From: a virus
Direction: 5' to 3' (one strand)
Length of the DNA stretch: 39,845 nucleotides
IMG/VR virus record: IMGVR_UViG_3300006147_000054
Shown piece after piece: positions 1 through 7,353 of the stretch. The notes under the pieces were generated by a model. It saw only the letters and a program-made list of their open reading frames with translations. It made no database searches and had not been told where the DNA came from. The first letter of the stretch is position 1. Each line of letters begins with the position of its first letter. A program made the position numbers and the translations under genes.

Positions 1-77
1 CACTTAGCAATTCCTTTCCCAGGCGAATTAAGTCCAGTGGATTTACCTTATCGTTGGCATGCAGAAAAGCCAAGTGA
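1..77. repeat. Terminal 77-bp direct repeat, copy 1, identical to 39769-39845
   Basis: Both copies read cacttagcaattcctttcccaggcgaattaagtccagtggatttaccttatcgttggcatgcagaaaagccaagtga. Confidence 0.95.
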
Positions 78-405
78 CGATCTAGTTGACGCAGTTTGGG
101 ACGATGACTCGCATAGTTGGATTGAAAATAGTGATAAATCTCAACCAGCTTTAATTGCTAAGTTGCAAGCAAGTAATGCAGCTATGCAAAAGAAAATGGA
201 AAACTACGAAGCAGCTAAGATCAAAGATGCTCAAAATAATGACAAAGTTGCTCAAGCTTTGAGTGGCGTACAAAGGGGACAAGCACAAACTACAGCAGTT
301 CTTGCTCAACTTGTGCCAATGGTTCAACAACTGTCCAAGTCAGTAAACACACCAGACAAGCCAAATGAAGCTGATGAAACTAAAAAAGAAGAAGGTGCTG
401 AATAA
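1..405 (+). CDS. 3' part of the junction-spanning CDS (169 aa in total, starting at 39664). Hypothetical tail-fibre-associated protein in the XkdW position.
   Basis: Position 1 is in frame with the ATG at 39664 (105 nt upstream of 39769). The Met at 37 in the ORF track is an artefact of linearisation. The gene lies between the fibre gene and the XkdX-like gene. Confidence 0.7.
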   Translation, partial: HLAIPFPGELSPVDLPYRWHAEKPSDDLVDAVWDDDSHSWIENSDKSQPALIAKLQASNAAMQKKMENYEAAKIKDAQNNDKVAQALSGVQRGQAQTTAVLAQLVPMVQQLSKSVNTPDKPNEADETKKEEGAE

Positions 406-599
406 TGTTTGATTTCGATTTCAGTTCTATCTATTCAAACCTTGAAAGCTTGTGTAAATCTTCATTAGATAATGGGTACTTTACAGACAACACCATTGCA
501 GGATTTGTTCAGCAAGGGACATTTGATGCAGATGGCTATAAGAGAATTACGGGTGATGAGTATGTTGCAGGAAATCAAAGCACTGTGGCAAACGGCTAA
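405..599 (+). CDS. XkdX-like small phage protein
   Basis: 64 aa. It starts MFDFDF and contains YKRITGDEY, the pattern I recognise from XkdX-family proteins that follow tail fibre genes in PBSX-like elements. Confidence 0.65.
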   Translation: MFDFDFSSIYSNLESLCKSSLDNGYFTDNTIAGFVQQGTFDADGYKRITGDEYVAGNQSTVANG

Positions 600-975
600 A
601 CTTAATTTACTTCATTTGATTTTGGGAAGCTTGCTCACAGCTTTTGGAATTGTTCTTTTAGTGAACGATTCCTTTTTTTATTGGCCGCCAGAATGGCAGT
701 GGTTCTTCAATAACGATTTAGTAGATGCTTTTGCAATCATAGTTGGTATTGGCTTGATTGCATTTGTTTTTGCTGGTGGAAGAAGTCAACTTGCTAATGC
801 TGTTTTATTAGCCTGTTCAGCATTCTTTCTGATGATGCTGACAGTCTTGCAACTAGGACATGTTTTTGTAGCTCATGACTATAGCAGATTGCTTTCAATT
901 GTAGCGCTAATTGGGTGGCTATTAGTAATTCAATATTTAGCAGTATTTTCTAAGACTGTAAAACGACGAAAGTAG
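556..975 (+). CDS. Four-TM membrane protein in the lysis cassette, possibly a holin-like accessory protein. Start uncertain.
   Basis: Four hydrophobic segments: LILGSLLTAFGIVLLV, AFAIIVGIGLIAFVFAG, AVLLACSAFFLMMLTVL, IVALIGWLLVIQYLAVF. The ORF is open from 472; the ATGs at 556 and 562 reduce the overlap with the upstream gene. Confidence 0.55.
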   Translation: MSMLQEIKALWQTAKLNLLHLILGSLLTAFGIVLLVNDSFFYWPPEWQWFFNNDLVDAFAIIVGIGLIAFVFAGGRSQLANAVLLACSAFFLMMLTVLQLGHVFVAHDYSRLLSIVALIGWLLVIQYLAVFSKTVKRRK

Positions 976-985
976 GTGATAAGAA

Positions 986-1264
986 GTGCAAGATTGGGCT
1001 AACTTAATCCGTGAAATAGCACTTCTTTTTTCTGGTTTTGTTGCAGGACTTACTGCTTGGAATGCTCTACGCAAGACTAGTCATGAGGTTTCAAAAGACG
1101 ATAAAGAAGAATTGAGAGCTGACCGTGATTTATATAGAAATCGTTGGCTTGAAAGTGAGAAAGCTTTTGATGAAATTGATGCAGAAAATGACAAGTTGCG
1201 CAAGAAGGTTAAACGGTTAGAAAACAAGATAGATGATTTTAAAGAAAAAGAGGATAGAAAATGA
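986..1264 (+). CDS. Small membrane-anchored coiled-coil protein, hypothetical
   Basis: GTG start with GGTGA 7 nt upstream. N-terminal TM segment (IALLFSGFVAGLTAW) followed by a charged coiled-coil-like tail. Overlaps the next gene by 4 nt. Confidence 0.6.
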   Translation: MQDWANLIREIALLFSGFVAGLTAWNALRKTSHEVSKDDKEELRADRDLYRNRWLESEKAFDEIDAENDKLRKKVKRLENKIDDFKEKEDRK

Positions 1265-1680
1265 GTTTAGGACAAATTACAGACTTGGTTATTGTTGCTC
1301 TATCGGTAGTTGTGACAATAATCTTTTATTTTTATTCAAAGCACAAAATTGAAATTGATAAGAAAGCACTGCAAGGAGACGCATTAGCTAAGGCTGAGCA
1401 AATGATTGCTAGATCTGCAGGAGCAATTGTTTTTCAAACTGACAAAGAAGGTGGATCAGGCCAAGAAAAGCTGGTAAGTGCCTTTAATTACTTAACTGCT
1501 ATCTTAGACATGGCACACTTACCGCACCCTTCGACAGCGTACATCAAAGGTGAGATTGAGAAGTCGATTACTACTATGAAACAGGCTAAGAATGCCGTTG
1601 AAAGTATGCAAACAGTAACTGGTCAGTATAAGCCAGTTGAAAAGACAGAAACAAAAAAGGAGGAAAAAAAGAATGCTTAA
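1261..1680 (+). CDS. Holin, LL-H-type with a single N-terminal TM
   Basis: 139 aa with an N-terminal TM (LVIVALSVVVTIIFYFY) and a charged C-terminus. It lies immediately upstream of the endolysin and overlaps it by 8 nt. The layout matches my recollection of Lactobacillus LL-H holin family proteins. Confidence 0.65.
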   Translation: MSLGQITDLVIVALSVVVTIIFYFYSKHKIEIDKKALQGDALAKAEQMIARSAGAIVFQTDKEGGSGQEKLVSAFNYLTAILDMAHLPHPSTAYIKGEIEKSITTMKQAKNAVESMQTVTGQYKPVEKTETKKEEKKNA

Positions 1681-2575
1681 AATGGTTGATGTATATAGTG
1701 GAAGCCCTAGAAGTTTTGCAGCTCAAAGTGGTACTGATATCACTATGGTAAAAGCTACTCAAGGAACTTACTATGTAAATCCATACTGTGATACCGATTA
1801 TCAGGCTGCTAAGAAAGCTGGGAAAATGCTTGGTGTATATCACTATGCTGGTGGTGGCGATCCTGCTGTTGAAGCTAATTATTTCTATAAAAATACCAAG
1901 AATTACATTGGCGAAGCAGTTCCCGCCTTAGATTGGGAAGATTATCAAAATCCTAAATTCGGTAAAGACTCAAATTGGTGTAGAGAGTTTGTTGATAAGT
2001 ACCACGAATTATCTGGTGTTTGGCCTCTTATATATACTGGTCAAGCTTCACTTTCTGAAGTTGGAAATTGTGCGAAAGATTGTGGTCTATGGGTAGCTTG
2101 GTACGCTACTATGAATTGGAACAGTTGGACTTTACCAACTGCAAGCTTTAGTGTTGCGCCTTGGCCAACTTATACCATCTGGCAGTTTACGGGTGGTGAT
2201 ATGGATCGCAATGTAGTTAACACGACTCGTGAAGGGTGGCAAAAGTTAGCTAAGCCTAATGTTGATGGAAGACCTGTATCACAACCAGTAATTGCAGAAA
2301 CAAAACCACGTCCAGAAGTTAAGAAGTGGACTGATGATCTCGGGGATGTTTGGTACTCTGAAAAGGGTACTTTCGTAACTGGTGGAGCAATCAATCTTAG
2401 ATATGGAGCTAGAACTTCATCTAAAATTATTGCTCAACTCCCAGCAGGTACAGAAGTTAAGTATGATGCTTATAGCCGACACGATGGATATGTCTGGATT
2501 AGACAACCTCGATCAAATGGATACGGATACTTAGTATGTCGTGCTGGTAATGAGGCATGGGGAACTTTTAAGTAA
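1673..2575 (+). CDS. Endolysin: GH25 muramidase domain plus C-terminal SH3b-like cell-wall-binding domain
   Basis: AGGAGG lies 10 nt upstream of the ATG at 1673. The N-terminal region (VDVYSG...GVYHYA...IWQFTG) is GH25-like. The C-terminus (GGAINLRYGARTSSKIIAQLPAGTEVKY...GYVWI) is SH3b-like. The ORF-track start at 1637 lies inside the holin gene. Confidence 0.85.
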   Translation: MLKMVDVYSGSPRSFAAQSGTDITMVKATQGTYYVNPYCDTDYQAAKKAGKMLGVYHYAGGGDPAVEANYFYKNTKNYIGEAVPALDWEDYQNPKFGKDSNWCREFVDKYHELSGVWPLIYTGQASLSEVGNCAKDCGLWVAWYATMNWNSWTLPTASFSVAPWPTYTIWQFTGGDMDRNVVNTTREGWQKLAKPNVDGRPVSQPVIAETKPRPEVKKWTDDLGDVWYSEKGTFVTGGAINLRYGARTSSKIIAQLPAGTEVKYDAYSRHDGYVWIRQPRSNGYGYLVCRAGNEAWGTFK

Positions 2576-2592
2576 TTGAATACATAGGAAAA

Positions 2593-2627
2593 GCCACTCT
2601 GGAGTTAATTCTCTGGAGTGGCTTTTT
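2593..2627 (+). terminator. Intrinsic terminator after the endolysin
   Basis: GCCACTCTGGAG / CTCTGGAGTGGC stem (with G-U pairs), followed by TTTTT. Confidence 0.7.
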
Positions 2628-2633
2628 GCGTAT

Positions 2634-2662
2634 TTTAAAAAGTATAGAATCAGATATATAAT
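2634..2662 (+). promoter_or_regulatory. Candidate promoter of the 45-aa moron ORF
   Basis: TATAAT at 2657-2662, with a weak TTTAAA 17 nt upstream. It lies downstream of the lysin terminator. Confidence 0.4.
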
Positions 2663-2697
2663 AGAAAGAAAAGTAAACTTAAAGGAAGAAAATCAGC

Positions 2698-2835
2698 ATG
2701 AAAAACAAAACTAAATTAGCCCAACGGTTTGAAGGATTTGATTATGAAGCGTATTGGAAAAAATGGGAAAAGGAACATCCTAATCAATCTAAGGAGATAG
2801 ACTGGGGAAAGCCAGTAGGTAGAGAAATTTGGTAA
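2698..2835 (+). CDS. 45-aa ORF resembling only the C-terminal toxin-binding tail of MazE/ChpS-type antitoxins
   Basis: AAGGAAG RBS 9 nt upstream of the ATG. Sequence: MKNKTKLAQRFEGFDYEAYWKKWEKEHPNQSKEIDWGKPVGREIW. The C-terminal IDWG-x-P-x3-E-x-W matches the remembered E. coli MazE ending IDWGEPKDKEVW. Confidence 0.5.
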   Translation: MKNKTKLAQRFEGFDYEAYWKKWEKEHPNQSKEIDWGKPVGREIW

Positions 2836-3029
2836 ATGCTCGCTAAAATGTTCGCCAAGTTTAAAACCATAGAAGGGGAGAGAACATTATTTTTAGTGTT
2901 TTTAAATACTGAGCATCGTTAAAAATCAATAAAAATCATATAAATCTCCCCTCATCTCCATAGATAAAAGCCTGTAAGTACTGATCTTACAGGCTTTTTT
3001 GTTTGCTATGATCGCCAAATGCTCGCTAA
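2836..3029. other. Probable attP region with four direct 11-bp arm-type repeats
   Basis: Repeats: ATGCTCGCTAA (2836), ATGTTCGCCAA (2848), ATGATCGCCAA (3008), ATGCTCGCTAA (3019). They flank about 150 bp of non-coding DNA between the lysis module and the integrase, the canonical attP location. Confidence 0.55.
2969..3001. terminator. Bidirectional intrinsic terminator inside the attP region
   Basis: Perfect 10-bp stem AGCCTGTAAG / CTTACAGGCT with loop TACTGAT. It is flanked by an A-run upstream and TTTTTT downstream, and lies just downstream of the integrase stop on the minus strand. Confidence 0.7.
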
Positions 3030-3032
3030 GCT

Positions 3033-4142
3033 CTAAATTTCATCTAAAATTCCAACAATTTGATTATCGGATTTTTGCTTTAATTCATCTAACATGTAGG
3101 CATAGGTTGATGCCGTGATACTCATATTTGAATGACCTAATCTTTTACTAATTGAATATAAGTCGACTCCTTTAAAGAGTAACATAGCAACGTGAGTATG
3201 TCTAAGGCTGTGAAAATGAAAACCATTTTTTTCAATATGTAACTTTTTAAGCTGCTTCCTTAGAACTTTATTGACGGCACTAGAAGTCGGAATGGTGCCA
3301 TCTGGTCCAATAAATAGCCGCATTGTACCATTCTTTTTTAATTGGAGAAGAATATCGAGCAATTTTTGATCTACAGCAATAACTCTAGTGGAGGAACGGT
3401 TTTTGGTTTTTTTATTAATTTCATCAGAATCATAGTTTACAATTTTCTTTTTATCATAATCCCATGATTTAGTGATATGAATTTGTTTATTTTTGAAATC
3501 AATATCATTCCATGTGAGAACTCTAATTTCCCCTGGTCGCATACCAGTATAAATTATTGTCAAAAGCATATATCGACTGATGTAAGTAGCATTAATTTTA
3601 TCTTTTAGTGATTTTACTAGTTGTTGAACTTGTTCAAAATTTAAGTAATCTATTTTTCTTGTTTTTTCTTCATTCCAAATTAAATTAATACGGTCAGTGA
3701 AGTTTTTTCTAATTATACCTTCACTGATAGCGTCTTTGGCACAGGAACGAATAGAACCGTGTGTTTTTTTGACTGTATCCTTAGCATGAGTTGCACCATA
3801 ATCATTCATAAATTTTTGATATTTTAGGCGATTAATTTTAGAGATTTTAATATTTGGAAAATTTTTTGTTAAAAGATCATAAATAATTCTATACCGCCGT
3901 TTAGTATTACCAGATTTTCCAGGAGTTTTATAGGTCTCATACCAAGTTTTAAAATATTCAGCAAATATGGGGTCTTGATTAGAAATGTTTTCTTCATCTT
4001 TTGCTACTTCCATTTCATTAGCCCACTTTTGAGCATCCCTTTTAGTAGCAAAACCACTTTTAGTTTTATATTTTCTCTCATCATTAGAGTACCAAGATAT
4101 TTGAACTGACCAAGTTTTACCTCTTTTTTTGATATAAGCCAT
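3033..4142 (-). CDS. int: Tyrosine recombinase (phage integrase)
   Basis: 369 aa. Contains the catalytic signature TGMRPGE...HSLRHTH...LGHSNMSITASTYAYM (R, H-x-x-R, H, Y). Confidence 0.92.
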   Translation of the reverse strand: MAYIKKRGKTWSVQISWYSNDERKYKTKSGFATKRDAQKWANEMEVAKDEENISNQDPIFAEYFKTWYETYKTPGKSGNTKRRYRIIYDLLTKNFPNIKISKINRLKYQKFMNDYGATHAKDTVKKTHGSIRSCAKDAISEGIIRKNFTDRINLIWNEEKTRKIDYLNFEQVQQLVKSLKDKINATYISRYMLLTIIYTGMRPGEIRVLTWNDIDFKNKQIHITKSWDYDKKKIVNYDSDEINKKTKNRSSTRVIAVDQKLLDILLQLKKNGTMRLFIGPDGTIPTSSAVNKVLRKQLKKLHIEKNGFHFHSLRHTHVAMLLFKGVDLYSISKRLGHSNMSITASTYAYMLDELKQKSDNQIVGILDEI

Positions 4143-4296
4143 ATTTAGTCCTCTTTTTTGTCTGTGATTTTAAAAGTTCTAAAAGTTTGTGATAGTCCTT
4201 ATCACTAATATCTCTGTTCTTGTTCTCTGTGGTAGGATTGCATGCTATGATCCCTAACTTTCTAAGTTTTTCTCTATTGCTAAGCATTTTTGTCAT
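4117..4296 (-). CDS. Possible small basic ORF (59 codons) overlapping the integrase start
   Basis: GGAG is adjacent to the first ATG (4296) and 9 nt before the second ATG (4287). No recognisable domain. Below the ORF-track size cutoff. Confidence 0.25.
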   Translation of the reverse strand: MTKMLSNREKLRKLGIIACNPTTENKNRDISDKDYHKLLELLKSQTKKRTKYGLYQKKR

Positions 4297-4326
4297 CTCC
4301 TTTCAGAACATCAGTTCTTGAAACTG

Positions 4327-4352
4327 TAAAAATAAAACCAGCGTTAACTGGT
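4327..4352 (-). terminator. Intrinsic terminator after the membrane-protein gene
   Basis: ACCAG / CTGGT hairpin followed by a T-rich run on the minus strand, directly after the stop at 4360. Confidence 0.5.
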
Positions 4353-4359
4353 CGTTATC

Positions 4360-5010
4360 TTAATAAAATTTGTATTCGTTATAGTTAGTAAATCTAGAAT
4401 GACCTAGAGCTTTATTTTCCCCTGTGTAAAAGGCAAGATAAATACCACGTTTTTGATCTTTGGGTTGGATATCCATCCCAGAAGTTGCCATAGAACGCAA
4501 AACTAAATTCGAAATAGAATTACCAACTTTAGTTTTTGTTGCATCATCTAAGTTCATAAAGCTTTCGTCAACATAAACATAGGCTTGGGTATCACTCTTA
4601 ATATCAATTTTTTCAACATAAGTTGAATAATCATAATTATGATTACCATTATTGGCATCATCTTGATCGCCTTTTAAATCTTGGAATAATTGATCGTTAG
4701 CCTTTTTTATTTGGACATTACTCTCATTATTGGAATTTGAGTCTTTATTGTTATCTTCTTTACTAGATTTTTGTGAAGAACTGTAATTATTGGTAGCCTT
4801 TTTCGAAATCTGATTGGATTTTGAAGGAGAGATGAAAATAGTTACTAACATTAGAACCAAAGATATTGCAGAAATAGCTCCTGAAAGCTTTAAAGATTTC
4901 TTTGATAAAGTTGGTTGCTTTTTTTCTTTAATAGACTGCCATGCAAAATAGAGTGGAAGAGCTGAAATTACAAAGATAAGCATAAAGATCCACGTAAACA
5001 TATTACTCAT
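4360..5010 (-). CDS. Two-TM membrane protein with an extracytoplasmic globular domain; superinfection-exclusion or lysogenic-conversion candidate
   Basis: The start at 5010 is preceded by AGGAG. It has two N-terminal TM segments, then an S/N-rich linker, then a globular domain of about 110 aa. It sits between int and the repressor operon. Confidence 0.6.
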   Translation of the reverse strand: MSNMFTWIFMLIFVISALPLYFAWQSIKEKKQPTLSKKSLKLSGAISAISLVLMLVTIFISPSKSNQISKKATNNYSSSQKSSKEDNNKDSNSNNESNVQIKKANDQLFQDLKGDQDDANNGNHNYDYSTYVEKIDIKSDTQAYVYVDESFMNLDDATKTKVGNSISNLVLRSMATSGMDIQPKDQKRGIYLAFYTGENKALGHSRFTNYNEYKFY

Positions 5011-5090
5011 AGTTTTTCTCCTACTTATATACAAAGTTATGAAATAATAAGCATTAACAATCAGCTTTTAAAGTCGTCAGTATTGGACTA

Positions 5091-5543
5091 TTAAAATAGT
5101 AAATCATTGTTGCTTTCAAACTTTTTAGCAACAACTTTTTTTAATCTTTCCGGAATGCCGAACTGTAACATAAACTCTCCAGGATCTTCGCAAGTGTAGC
5201 CTTGGGAAGAGGCATAATCCCAAATGAGATTTAAACCATACAGATCAGCTTGATCTTCTTTGAATGCGTCATCGTTTCGATTAAAGGCATCGTGTTCTTG
5301 CCAATCATAATCATGGGCATAGTACATAACACCTTTATCACCATTAATGCAATGTCCGAGTTCATGCGCAGCCATGAATGGAATTTCTGGAGGATTCCAC
5401 CAGTTCGTATTGACAATGATAAGCTTCTTTTGTGGAAGATACCTAGAGCGAAAATGTCTGTCATCTAACCGAGAAAGTATAACACCGAGGTTATGATCCT
5501 CAATTAAATGACATATATATAGTAGTAAATCATTATTGTACAT
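5091..5543 (-). CDS. ImmA/IrrE-family zinc metallopeptidase (anti-repressor protease)
   Basis: Contains the HELGH motif (MAAHELGHCINGD). The ATG at 5543 lies 4 nt after the Xre stop, the classical ImmR-ImmA arrangement. The longer 182-aa ORF overlaps the Xre gene. Confidence 0.8.
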   Translation of the reverse strand: MYNNDLLLYICHLIEDHNLGVILSRLDDRHFRSRYLPQKKLIIVNTNWWNPPEIPFMAAHELGHCINGDKGVMYYAHDYDWQEHDAFNRNDDAFKEDQADLYGLNLIWDYASSQGYTCEDPGEFMLQFGIPERLKKVVAKKFESNNDLLF

Positions 5544-5547
5544 AGCA

Positions 5548-5904
5548 TTACTCGTAGTGAACGCCTCCGTCATTCTTATGTCTTTCAAGAATGGCTTTGA
5601 TAATATCCATATCTTCATCTGAAACAGGACGACCACCATAGCTAAGCACGACAGGGTCTTTTTCTAAGTCAACTGACTTAGTTTCATTTTCTTCATTTCC
5701 ACTGTTGTCATTACCCATTAAGTATCCATTAGATACATCATACAGAGTAGCTATTTGATTAATAGTTTGAATATCAGGCTCACTAATGCCATATTCCCAA
5801 TTAGCATAAGTTGAAAGTCCAATGCCTAAATGCTTAGCAACATTAGTTTTACTCCAACCTTTGCCTTCTCTAAGTTGTTTTAATTTATCACTAAAATCGG
5901 TCAT
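5548..5904 (-). CDS. Xre-family HTH repressor (CI-like, no S24 peptidase domain)
   Basis: N-terminal HTH_3 pattern (LKQLREGKGWSKTNVAKHLGIGLSTYANWEYG). Divergent from the cro-like gene. Confidence 0.85.
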   Translation of the reverse strand: MTDFSDKLKQLREGKGWSKTNVAKHLGIGLSTYANWEYGISEPDIQTINQIATLYDVSNGYLMGNDNSGNEENETKSVDLEKDPVVLSYGGRPVSDEDMDIIKAILERHKNDGGVHYE

Positions 5905-6067
5905 ATTTTTGACCTCCTAAATCAAATTACAATTATATTGTAACTTAATTTTATATTTTTAAAATATTTTTACAAAAAATATGTAGAAAAGTATTGTATT
6001 TTTAAAAATGTGTAGTATTATATAAGTATAAAGTTACAAGATATTTGTAACTGAAAGGAGGGAAAAC
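5905..6067. promoter_or_regulatory. Divergent lysis-lysogeny switch region with palindromic operators
   Basis: Operators TTACAAttataTTGTAA (5927-5943) and TTACAAgatatTTGTAA (6034-6050; extended palindrome 6032-6052), plus a degenerate TTACAAaaaatATGTAG (5970-5986). A candidate rightward promoter is TTGTAT (5994) followed 16 nt later by TATTAT (6016). Confidence 0.7.
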
Positions 6068-6292
6068 ATGCCAAGTCTTACTAAAGAGAATAGCGCCCAA
6101 ATTTTAGATCAATATCTAAAAGAACATGGAATTAAGAAAAGTTATCTTGCTAAAAAGATGAATATGTCGCCATCTAATTTAACTGGATATTTGAATGGAA
6201 CATTACGTTTTACAGCTGAGTTTGCTTTTGGTGTAGCAGATGCTTTAAATATTTCACCTTCCATTTTTTTAAATAAAAGTTACAAGATTTAG
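6068..6292 (+). CDS. Cro-like Xre-family HTH protein
   Basis: 74 aa with an HTH pattern (KKSYLAKKMNMSPSNLTGYLNG). First rightward gene after the operators. GGAGG RBS. Confidence 0.8.
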   Translation: MPSLTKENSAQILDQYLKEHGIKKSYLAKKMNMSPSNLTGYLNGTLRFTAEFAFGVADALNISPSIFLNKSYKI

Positions 6293-6369
6293 GAAATAAG
6301 CAAATGAGATACAAGAAAATTAAAATCGAGTTTGAGCTTGAACATGCAGACGACTAAGTAGGTGATTAA

Positions 6370-6699
6370 ATGCCCGAACTAATTAATAAAGATGCTCTCA
6401 TAGTTATCTTTAAACCAATTATCAAAGCTTTATTTGATAAGGAAAAGGAAGAAGCAGAGGGCGCAACAATCAATATTGATGAGTTCCGAAAAAAGTATTG
6501 CGGAGGCAAAGGCAAGGAATGGGTTAGAGTTTTTATATTTGACGAATTTCCAGAAGTTGATTTTGAAAATGGTGGTTTTGTAGTTAATCCCAGAGGGGGC
6601 AAGAAAACAATCATTTTCAGAAAAGATGCCAAAAAGTGGATTGAAGAAAACTACCACCGCATTGATTGGAACGCAAGTATTAAGGAATTGGAGAGATAG
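6370..6699 (+). CDS. DUF771-like early protein, a possible excisionase or regulator
   Basis: 109 aa. The tail (KKWIEENYHRIDW) and the position just right of cro recall the DUF771 proteins of lactic-acid-bacteria phages. The functional assignment is inference. Confidence 0.5.
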   Translation: MPELINKDALIVIFKPIIKALFDKEKEEAEGATINIDEFRKKYCGGKGKEWVRVFIFDEFPEVDFENGGFVVNPRGGKKTIIFRKDAKKWIEENYHRIDWNASIKELER

Positions 6700-6701
6700 C
6701 A

Positions 6702-6812
6702 ATGAAAAAGAAAACAGATTGGTTACTTGCTATTGTCTGCTCGGAAGTAATTGCAGCAGGAGTTTTAGCATTAAGTATGTTGAGTTACTACTTTTGGAGA
6801 TTATTTATTTAA
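6702..6812 (+). CDS. 36-aa single-TM peptide
   Basis: GGAG 8 nt upstream. Sequence: MKKKTDWLLAIVCSEVIAAGVLALSMLSYYFWRLFI. Confidence 0.4.
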   Translation: MKKKTDWLLAIVCSEVIAAGVLALSMLSYYFWRLFI

Positions 6813-6826
6813 GGGAGGTGATAAAG

Positions 6827-6979
6827 ATGACACTAGAAGCAAGATTAATCAGTAATAGCAACGCATTTTTTGCTAGACAAGATAGAGCGCCGTTAGTAGC
6901 TGACGAATACGAGAAACAATTCCAAATTGCATTAATGACACAAAAAAAGCCGTTACCGACTGCAATCAGTAACGACTAA
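6827..6979 (+). CDS. Hypothetical 50-aa protein
   Basis: GGGAGG lies 8 nt upstream of the ATG at 6827. The upstream part of the long 6626..6979 ORF overlaps better-supported genes. Confidence 0.55.
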   Translation: MTLEARLISNSNAFFARQDRAPLVADEYEKQFQIALMTQKKPLPTAISND

Positions 6980-7024
6980 TTCAAAGGTTTTATAAATTAA
7001 ATTTCTAAGGAGTATTTTACCACA

Positions 7025-7351
7025 ATGATTGAGATTATGACACGAGAACAAGCTAAAACTTTCAGAGAGCAACGACTGCTGGAAGAACAAAAAAGGTTAG
7101 CAGAACAAGGCATTAGTTCCGCATTTGAAGGAAAGTTTTTAGTAACAATCGGTGACAGCAGTTGTAATTATTATAACTTTAAGCACTTTATTACTACTCA
7201 AATTTTTGGAATGGGTATTGATAACTTTGTTGAAAAAACTGATTGGGACAAAAAAGAAGTAATTGAATATCTAGCTACTGTTGACCAAGACGATGACCTC
7301 TGGAAAGAGCAAGTTATGGATTACTTTGGCGGATTGGAGGGCAACTACTGA
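7025..7351 (+). CDS. Hypothetical protein
   Basis: 108-aa ORF with an AAGGAG RBS, in the early operon. Confidence 0.6.
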   Translation: MIEIMTREQAKTFREQRLLEEQKRLAEQGISSAFEGKFLVTIGDSSCNYYNFKHFITTQIFGMGIDNFVEKTDWDKKEVIEYLATVDQDDDLWKEQVMDYFGGLEGNY

Positions 7352-7353
7352 TT

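Noticed and set aside
1-77. Interpreting the 77-bp terminal repeat as a cos site or a biological direct terminal repeat
   Set aside because: The repeat lies inside a coding sequence that reads through it, and its length equals a standard assembly k-mer. Circular-contig overlap is the simpler explanation.
1586-2394. Minus-strand ORFs 1586..1843 and 2170..2394
   Set aside because: They are antisense to the holin and endolysin genes, with no RBS and no recognisable domains.
2836-2922. The 28-codon ORF (MLAKMFAKFKTIEGERTLFLVFLNTEHR) as the toxin partner of the MazE-tail ORF
   Set aside because: It is too short, shows no resemblance to MazF/PemK N-termini, and coincides with the 11-bp arm-type repeats of the attP region.
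5231-5468. ORFs 5231..5464 (-) and 5250..5468 (+) inside the ImmA gene
   Set aside because: They lie in alternative frames of, or antisense to, a motif-supported gene (HELGH), and nothing supports them.
6366-6702. Minus-strand ORFs 6366..6632 and 6430..6702
   Set aside because: They are antisense to the DUF771-like gene within a rightward operon. The peptides are low-complexity and lack an RBS.
6626-6826. N-terminal part of the 117-aa ORF 6626..6979
   Set aside because: It overlaps the end of 6370..6699. It is better explained by two RBS-supported small genes (6702..6812 and 6827..6979).
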